Of a DNA stretch of 64,000 nucleotides, positions 57,777-64,000 are shown piece by piece. The stretch spans positions 2,112,001 through 2,176,000 of the forward strand of contig OZ245817.1 of the NCBI GenBank assembly GCA_965228475.1, written 5' to 3'. A program made the translations under genes and the position numbers. Each line of letters begins with the position of its first letter. Position 1 is the stretch's first letter. The notes beneath the pieces are model-generated. The model had not been told where the DNA came from. It did no database searches and saw nothing but the letters and a program-made list of their open reading frames with translations. The stretch comes from Myxococcota bacterium (GTDB lineage Bacteria > Myxococcota_A > UBA9160 > JAFDDA01).

Positions 57777-59087
57777 TCAATCGAGAGCACGGGCTCGGTT
57801 CTCCTCGACGGCTTCACGGTAGACGTCGACGGTGCGGGCCGCGATGACCGGCCACGAGAATTGCGACACGACCCGCTCGCGGGCGCGCTCGGAGAGCTCG
57901 CGGCGGGCCTCGGGCTGCTCGATCAGCGTGAGCAGCGCCTTCGCCAGGGCCCCCGGATCGCGCGGCGGCACGAGCAGGCCGCCTCCGCCCGCGCGAACCA
58001 CCTCCGGCAGGGCGCCGGCCGTACTCGCGACGACGGGCGTCCCGCAGGCCATCGCCTCGGCGGCGGGCAGGCCGAATCCCTCGAAGTTCGAGGGGACGGC
58101 GACGACGGTCGCGCGGTTGTAGAGGCGAACGAGCTCGTCGTCGGAGACGCGGCCGGTCACGTGCAGGCGATCGCCGCAGCCGAGCTTCGCGGCGCGCTTT
58201 CGCGCCCGGTGGCCCGGCGCGTCCTGATCGACCAGGGTGACCGTCACCGAGTCCGGGAGCAGGGCCAACGCATCGACCAGGGTGTCGACGCCCTTGGTCG
58301 GGTCGCCGGCGCGTCCGACGCACAGGACCTCGCCGCTCGCGCGCTCGATGCTCGGATCCGGGCGGAAGTGGTCCGTGTCGAGGCCGTTCGAGAGGTTCCG
58401 GATGCGCTCGGGGCGGACGTCGAAATCGCGCTCGATCTCCCGGGCCGAGACCTCCGAGGAGGTGATCACGCGCGCCATGCGCCGGGCCACGCAGGCCTGC
58501 ATCGCCACCGGATGGAACTTCACGGTGCCGACCGCGTCCGAGAGCGTCTTGTCGCGCTGGAAGGAGTGGCGCCGGTCGACCGAGAGCGGGTGATGGATGG
58601 TCGTCACCATCGGCATGCCGAGCCGGGCGATGCCGAGCTCGCCCCAGCCGAGGGTCTGCACGTCGTGGAGCAGGTCGAAGCGGTCGCCGGCCTTCACGCG
58701 GGCCACGAGCGCCCGCCACGCGCGCAGGCTGAATGCGAAGGGCTCGGGCAGGAAGCCGAACCAGCTCGCGCCGAGCTCGTAGAAGTTCAACGGCTCGAAC
58801 AGGCGGAGCCAGCCGCCCTCGGGCTCGAAGGCCGCGGGGTCGCGGAAGAACCACTTCCCCCAGAACTGGCCGTTCGGGAACTCGACGACGGAGCGCGCGA
58901 AGGGCATCGGGGCGGGGTGGGGCGGCCCGACGAAGACGTCGACCCGGTGGCCGAGGCGCGCGAGCTCCCGCGCCAGGTGCCAGAGGTAGATGCCCTGTCC
59001 GCCGCAGCTCATGTTGCCGCGGTAGGCGAGGAAGCCGAGGCGCAGGGGGCGCTCGGTCGCGGACGGAGCTGCGTGCAAGCCGGCCAT
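57777..59087 (-). CDS. Glycosyltransferase family 4
   Basis: ATG 59087; YRGNMSCGGQGIY, TIHHP, NGLD, PSNFEGFGLPAAEAMACG. Confidence 0.9.
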   Translation of the reverse strand: MAGLHAAPSATERPLRLGFLAYRGNMSCGGQGIYLWHLARELARLGHRVDVFVGPPHPAPMPFARSVVEFPNGQFWGKWFFRDPAAFEPEGGWLRLFEPLNFYELGASWFGFLPEPFAFSLRAWRALVARVKAGDRFDLLHDVQTLGWGELGIARLGMPMVTTIHHPLSVDRRHSFQRDKTLSDAVGTVKFHPVAMQACVARRMARVITSSEVSAREIERDFDVRPERIRNLSNGLDTDHFRPDPSIERASGEVLCVGRAGDPTKGVDTLVDALALLPDSVTVTLVDQDAPGHRARKRAAKLGCGDRLHVTGRVSDDELVRLYNRATVVAVPSNFEGFGLPAAEAMACGTPVVASTAGALPEVVRAGGGGLLVPPRDPGALAKALLTLIEQPEARRELSERARERVVSQFSWPVIAARTVDVYREAVEENRARALD

Positions 59088-59845
59088 CAGGCGGCGACCG
59101 CGGCCTTGCCCCGTTCGACTGTGTTCTCTCGCCCTGCGGCGGCCTGGCCTCGCTTCTGGGCATAGAGGATGACCGACTTCGGACAGATCCAGTTCAGGCC
59201 GCGTTCGACCTGGCTCATCAGCGGCGAGCCGACGACCTGGATCAGGAACTTGCGGTACGCCCGGACGAGGGCGCTCTCGTCCGCGTCGGGCAGGTGCATG
59301 GCGGAGCGCAGCACCCAGTAGGGCGTGTGAAACCCGTGGGCGAAGCCGCAACCGAGGGTGGCGAGCCCGGCGTCGGCGAGGGCCACGGCGAGGTCGCGCG
59401 GCTTGAAGATCCGGATGTGGCCGCCCGGGGATTCGAAGTACTCGTCGCCGAGGCGCAGGTAGAGGTGTTCGCTCGTGGCGGTCGGGATCGTCACCGCCAC
59501 GATGCCGTCCGGGCGCGTCACGCGCGCGAGCTCCCGCGCCGCCGCCGGGTAGTCATGGACGTGCTCCATCACCTCCGAGCAGATGACCTTGTCGAAGGTC
59601 TCGTCGCGGAAGGGCAGGCGGAAGACGTCGCCCTGCATCATCGCGGCGAGCTGGCCGAGCTCCTCGCCCCGGTTGCGCAGAGCCTTGCTGGCGGCCTTCA
59701 GGGACGGCAGGTCGAGGTCGAGGCCGACCACCCGGGCGCCGCGCTCGAGGGCGCCGAAGCAGTGGCGCCCTTCGCCGCACCCGGCGTCGAGCAGGGTCTC
59801 GCCGGGCCGGAGCCTAAGCCGCTCGAGATCGACCGTGAGCAGCAC
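59087..59845 (-). CDS. Class I SAM-dependent methyltransferase
   Basis: LTVDLERL..LLDAGCGEGRH, LPFRDETFDKVICSEVMEH, GGHIRIF. Confidence 0.9.
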   Translation of the reverse strand: MLLTVDLERLRLRPGETLLDAGCGEGRHCFGALERGARVVGLDLDLPSLKAASKALRNRGEELGQLAAMMQGDVFRLPFRDETFDKVICSEVMEHVHDYPAAARELARVTRPDGIVAVTIPTATSEHLYLRLGDEYFESPGGHIRIFKPRDLAVALADAGLATLGCGFAHGFHTPYWVLRSAMHLPDADESALVRAYRKFLIQVVGSPLMSQVERGLNWICPKSVILYAQKRGQAAAGRENTVERGKAAVAA

Positions 59846-61073
59846 GGACCGTCTCCTCGAAGATCTCGGCGAGCCCGGCCGCCGCCTGATCCCACTGGAA
59901 CAGGTGAGCCACGCGCTCCCGGGCAGCGCGGCCCATGGCGGCGGCGCGCTCGGGGTCTCCGATCACCTCCCGGATGGCGTTGGCCAGGGCCTGCGGGTCG
60001 CGCGGCGGGACGAGCCGGCCCGCGGTGCCATCCGTGCCGATCACCTCGGGCAGGGCGCCCGCGGCGTTGGCGATCACCGGAAGGCCCGCGGCCATGGCCT
60101 CGCTGGCGGGGAACCCGAAGCCCTCGAAGAAGGAGGGCACCACGGCGGCGCGTGCCGTCGAGTACTGCGCCACGAGGTCCGGCAACTCGAGCATCTCCTT
60201 GTGCAGAACGACGCGCTTCTCGAGCCCGAACTTGCGGATCAGCCGGGGCACGAGGCCGTCTTCCGGGATGCGGCCATCGACGATCTTCAGCGTGACGTCC
60301 TCGGGCAGGAGCGAGAGCGCCTCGAGCAGCGTCCCCATGCCCTTCTTGCGGTCTTCGGTCCGGCCCACGAAGAGGAGGTCCGTCTCGACCGGCGTATCCG
60401 GGACGGGCTTGAAGATGTCGAGATCCGTCCCGTTGTAGACGACGCCGATGTCCTTCTCGGGAATCCCGAAGTAGCGCTCGATCTCCCTGCGCGACGCCTC
60501 GCTCACCGTCACGATCTTGGCGAGCCGCGGCGCGACCTGCTGCTGCATGAAGAGCGGGAAGTAGAGCGTGCGCTTGATCTTCATCTTCAGGCGCGGGTCG
60601 ATCGCGAAATCCGCCTCGCGATCGATGTGCAGCGGGTGGTGGATCACCGAGACGACCGGCGTGCCGGCCGCCTGAATCCCGAGGAGGCCCCAGGCCAGGC
60701 ACTGGTTGTCGAAGACGACGTCGAAGCGGTAGCGCTGCTGGAGCTGCTTCCAGCGCATCAGGAGGCGCAGGCCGAAGGTCTGCATCTCCGGGAAGACGCC
60801 GAAGCGCGAGACGCCGAGCTCCCACAGCGTGATCGGGTTGAACAGTTCGAACGGATCGTCGCGGCGCGCGAAGTCCGGGTGCGGGACGCCGAAGACGTTC
60901 GCGTTCGGGATCTCGTGGAGCGGAATGCCGGGCTCGAGTTCCGGGAGCGGCGGGCCGGCGATCACGTGCACGTCGTGCCCGGCCTTCTTCCACTCGCGTG
61001 CCAGGTACGCGGCGTAGATGCCCTGGCCGCCGCAGTACATGTTGCCGCGATAGGTGAGGAGCGCGATCCGCAA
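59814..61073 (-). CDS. Glycosyltransferase family 4
   Basis: TTG 61073 (RIALLTYRGNMYCGGQGIY); IHHP, NGTD, PSFFEGFGFPASEAMAAG. Confidence 0.9.
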   Translation of the reverse strand: MRIALLTYRGNMYCGGQGIYAAYLAREWKKAGHDVHVIAGPPLPELEPGIPLHEIPNANVFGVPHPDFARRDDPFELFNPITLWELGVSRFGVFPEMQTFGLRLLMRWKQLQQRYRFDVVFDNQCLAWGLLGIQAAGTPVVSVIHHPLHIDREADFAIDPRLKMKIKRTLYFPLFMQQQVAPRLAKIVTVSEASRREIERYFGIPEKDIGVVYNGTDLDIFKPVPDTPVETDLLFVGRTEDRKKGMGTLLEALSLLPEDVTLKIVDGRIPEDGLVPRLIRKFGLEKRVVLHKEMLELPDLVAQYSTARAAVVPSFFEGFGFPASEAMAAGLPVIANAAGALPEVIGTDGTAGRLVPPRDPQALANAIREVIGDPERAAAMGRAARERVAHLFQWDQAAAGLAEIFEETVRAAHGRSRAA

Positions 61074-61084
61074 GCGCGGCGGTC

Positions 61085-61342
61085 CTAGCTGGCGGAGGAG
61101 CCGCCGGGGGCGGGCTCCGAGGGCGGGGCGTCGACGGGCGGCTCGGGCTCCACCTGGATGGTCATGATCGTCCAGCCCACCCAGAAGGCGAGGCCGAGCA
61201 CGAACAGCGTCAGCGCCGCCACGGGCAGCGCGAGCGCCCAGTAGCTCCCCGAGAAGATTCCGGAGAGGAACAGGAGGGCCAGGATCGTCACCGCAGCGCA
61301 GATGATTCCGCCCTGGGTCCGGGAGGAGTCGTTCATGCTCAT
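61085..61342 (-). CDS. Small two-TM membrane protein
   Basis: MSMNDSSRTQGGIICAAVTILALLFLSG..WALALPVAALTLFVLGLAFWVGWTIMT; GGAG RBS. Confidence 0.7.
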   Translation of the reverse strand: MSMNDSSRTQGGIICAAVTILALLFLSGIFSGSYWALALPVAALTLFVLGLAFWVGWTIMTIQVEPEPPVDAPPSEPAPGGSSAS

Positions 61343-61471
61343 CTCTCCACAACGTCGTTTGGGGAAGTTCCGAAAAAGCGAGGCCGCGCCGAGTATTCGG
61401 GCGGGCAGGGCGCCCGTCAAGGGCCGCCGAAAGTCGAGGGTCTCGCAGGGAAAGTGCCTAACATCGCGGGC

Positions 61472-62602
61472 ATGCTGGTGATCGGCCTGATGTCCGGGAC
61501 CTCCGCGGACGGCATCGATGCGGCCCTCGTCGAGTGGCCCGACGGCCCGGAGGTGCGCCCGTTCCGCCTGCTCGCCTACCGGGAGGCGCCCCACCCGCCG
61601 GAGCTGCGGGCGCGCATCCACGCGTTGGCGGACGGGGAGACGGCACCCGGCGAGACCGTGCGCGAGCTCGCGCGTCTGGACGTCGCGCTCGGGGAGGCCT
61701 TCGCCGTGGCGGCCCGGGCGGTCGCGGAAGAGGCGGGGGTGCCGGCCGAGGCCGTCCATGCCGTGGCCTCCCACGGCCAGACCGTCGGGCACTACCCGGA
61801 GGATCGCGCGACGGTCCAGATTGGCGATCCCTCGGTGATCGCCGAGCGCACGGGCTGGGTGACCGTCGCGGACTTCCGCACGCGCGACGTCGCGGCCGGC
61901 GGGCAGGGCGCCCCGCTCGCGCCCTTCTTCCACCACGCGGCGCTCTCCGACCCCGCGGAGTCCCGCGTGGTGCTGAACCTCGGCGGCATCGCGAACGTCA
62001 CCTGGCTTCCGGCCGGCGGGCGTGCGGACGACGTCGTGGCCTTCGACACCGGCCCGGCGAACAGCCTGCTCGACGAGTGCGTTTCCCTCGCGACCGGCGG
62101 CGCCGAGCGCGTCGACCGCGACGGTGCGCGCGCCGCGAACGGGCAGGTCGACGAAGCCTTGCTGGCCGAACTCCTGGACGATGCGTACTTCCGCCGCGAG
62201 CCGCCGAAGTCGACCGGCCGCGAGCGCTACGGGCGCGCCGAGGCCGAGCGGATCTTCGGCATCGCGCAGGACCGCAAGCTCGCGGTCGAAGACCTCCTCG
62301 CCACGCTCGTCGCACTCACCGCGGAGACCGTCGCGGGCGCGTGCCGCACACTCGGGCCGCCCGCCCGCGTACTCGTTGCGGGAGGGGGCGGGAAGAATCC
62401 CAGCGTGCTGGCGGCCCTCGCCGAACGGCTCCCGGGCGTGGCTCTCGATCCGCTCGAGGCCCACGGCGTTCCCTCGGAGGCGGCCGAGGCGATGGCGTTC
62501 TCGTTGATGGGCCGGAACACGCTGCTCGGCGTGCCGAATCACCTGCCGCGGACCACCGGAGCGCGGGCCGCGCGCGTTCTCGGCGAAGTCGTCCGGCCCT
62601 AG
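61472..62602 (+). CDS. anmK: Anhydro-N-acetylmuramic acid kinase
   Basis: IGLMSGTSADGID, SHGQT, DFR..GGQGAPL, NLGGIAN, FDTGPAN, PPKSTGRE. Confidence 0.95.
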   Translation: MLVIGLMSGTSADGIDAALVEWPDGPEVRPFRLLAYREAPHPPELRARIHALADGETAPGETVRELARLDVALGEAFAVAARAVAEEAGVPAEAVHAVASHGQTVGHYPEDRATVQIGDPSVIAERTGWVTVADFRTRDVAAGGQGAPLAPFFHHAALSDPAESRVVLNLGGIANVTWLPAGGRADDVVAFDTGPANSLLDECVSLATGGAERVDRDGARAANGQVDEALLAELLDDAYFRREPPKSTGRERYGRAEAERIFGIAQDRKLAVEDLLATLVALTAETVAGACRTLGPPARVLVAGGGGKNPSVLAALAERLPGVALDPLEAHGVPSEAAEAMAFSLMGRNTLLGVPNHLPRTTGARAARVLGEVVRP

Positions 62603-62627
62603 CGGCCGGCACGCACGCCGAAGTCTT

Positions 62628-63365
62628 TCAGACGCGGATGATCAGGCCGTCGTCGGCGGTCGGCAGCTGGCACTGGCCGCGCAGCTTCGCCATCTCGGTG
62701 CCGAGGTGGGTGAGGATCATCTCGCCCACGTCGAACTGGTCCTGGCGTTCGACGAGCTCCTCGAGGCTCAGGTGGTACTCGTACCCCGGTTCGACCTGGG
62801 TGCACTCGCTGATGAAGAGGTCCGAGCCGCGGACGAGGTCCGGGAGCGCGTCGAACCATCCGGTGTCGCCGCTGTACGCGACGCGTTTGTCGCCGACCGT
62901 CACGACGTAGCCCTGGGGGTTCGCCTCGGGGTTGTGATGGGTCTGGAAGCCGACCACGTCGACCGGGCCGAGGTGCGTCGGCTTGCCGGGCTCGAGCACG
63001 GTGAACTCGGTCTTGAAACTCCAGAGCCGGTCCTCGAGCGGGTGACCGAGTGCGTCGCACGCGGCGCGCACGCGCTGCTCCACCTCGGGCGGCCCGGCGA
63101 TGCGCAGCTTCTCGCCGCGCTGGTCCTCGTAGAGCATCGCGATCAGCATGCTCGGGACGCCCGCGAAGTGGTCCGCGTGGAAGTGCGAGAGCACGATGGT
63201 GTCGACCTCGCCGCGTTCGATGCCGAGCTCGTTCATGCCGCTCAGCGTGGTGCCCGCGCAGTCGAACATCAGGCCGCCGCTCGGGCCGCGCACCAGGGTG
63301 CTCGATTGGCGCCGCCCGCCCGCCCCGAAGGCGTCGCTGGTTCCGATGAAGACGACCTCGCTCAT
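62628..63365 (-). CDS. MBL-fold metallo-hydrolase (RNase Z-like)
   Basis: ATG 63365; GTSDAFGAGGR, SHFHADH, YSGDT, LTHL. Confidence 0.88.
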   Translation of the reverse strand: MSEVVFIGTSDAFGAGGRRQSSTLVRGPSGGLMFDCAGTTLSGMNELGIERGEVDTIVLSHFHADHFAGVPSMLIAMLYEDQRGEKLRIAGPPEVEQRVRAACDALGHPLEDRLWSFKTEFTVLEPGKPTHLGPVDVVGFQTHHNPEANPQGYVVTVGDKRVAYSGDTGWFDALPDLVRGSDLFISECTQVEPGYEYHLSLEELVERQDQFDVGEMILTHLGTEMAKLRGQCQLPTADDGLIIRV

Positions 63366-64000
63366 TCCACTGCTCCGTTGCCGCTGCTCGCATCGTCCGC
63401 TGCGCTGCCCGAGACATCCACCGCGTGAAAACGGCCGCCGGCGAAGACGCCGTGGCTTCCGGAGAACCCGTCCGGGACGTGCTCGCCGTCCCAGACCACC
63501 GCGCGTTCGAGGCGCGCGCCCGCGCCGAGGGTCGCCCCGGCGCCGAGCACGAGGCCCGCATCGACGCGGGTTCCCGTGAGGTCGGCGGCGTCGGCCGGAT
63601 CCAGGTAGGAGAGCCGCGGGCAATCGAGGTTGGCGGCGAGGTACTCGGCGACGGTCCCGACGGGCTCCCAGGTGCACTCGTTCTCCGAGAGCACGACGCC
63701 ATGGACGTCGTCCGCGCCCTCGGCCAGTCGCGGCACGATCCAGTCCGTCAGGTGGTTCGACGGCTCCTGGGCCGGGAGGGAAGCGAGGGTCTCCCCCGAG
63801 ATCACGGTCGCATGGACGTACACGCCGGCGCTCACTTCGCCCCCGAGATCGAAGTGGCGGCCGATGCGCCGCACGCGCCCGGCGGAATCCACCCCGATCG
63901 TTCCGAACAACGACCCCCGCCGATCTTCCTTGAGCAGAAACGTGACAGCGGCGCCACGGGCGCGGTGGGCATCGGCGAGTTTCGTGAGATCCGCGTCGAG
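63362..64000 (-). CDS. NDP-sugar pyrophosphorylase family nucleotidyltransferase, 5' end off the window
   Basis: Frame open to the window edge: DADLTKLADAHRARGAAVTF..WEPVGTVAEYLAAN..hexapeptide-like tail. Confidence 0.75.
   Translation of the reverse strand, partial: LDADLTKLADAHRARGAAVTFLLKEDRRGSLFGTIGVDSAGRVRRIGRHFDLGGEVSAGVYVHATVISGETLASLPAQEPSNHLTDWIVPRLAEGADDVHGVVLSENECTWEPVGTVAEYLAANLDCPRLSYLDPADAADLTGTRVDAGLVLGAGATLGAGARLERAVVWDGEHVPDGFSGSHGVFAGGRFHAVDVSGSAADDASSGNGAVE

Overview
Very GC-rich bacterial chromosomal window, probably Myxococcota: it has a RomR-like gene beside valS, an MglA-like GTPase and an exosortase/PEP-CTERM system (taxonomy is inference). 1-26 kb is a Wzx/Wzy exopolysaccharide plus exosortase locus with heavy tailoring. 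That tailoring includes an AurF-like diiron N-oxygenase / carrier protein / DltA-like adenylation enzyme / flippase / GNAT operon, two AsnB-like amidotransferases, and SGNH and hexapeptide acetyltransferases. The same locus has an active exosortase paired with an apparently inactive paralogue. 26-35 kb holds sulfur and repair genes (class V aminotransferase, DUF1998 helicase-exonuclease fusion, Rrf2, JAMM, sat, ald). 35-50 kb holds housekeeping and polarity genes (GAF protein, MglA-like, EF-G paralogue, coaX, birA, nadC, valS, romR, PP2C). 50.1-50.45 kb contains a pair of inverted ~130-nt structured repeats with constant cores and variable inserts. 50.5-57 kb has a FliA-family sigma factor, an NtrC-type regulator, a two-component pair, a membrane protein ending in a RelE/HigB-like domain, and a PilZ protein. 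57-64 kb has a GT4/methyltransferase cluster, anmK, an MBL hydrolase and a partial NDP-sugar transferase. I saw no rRNA, tRNA, CRISPR array or transposase. All calls come from reading motifs by eye; no searches were run.
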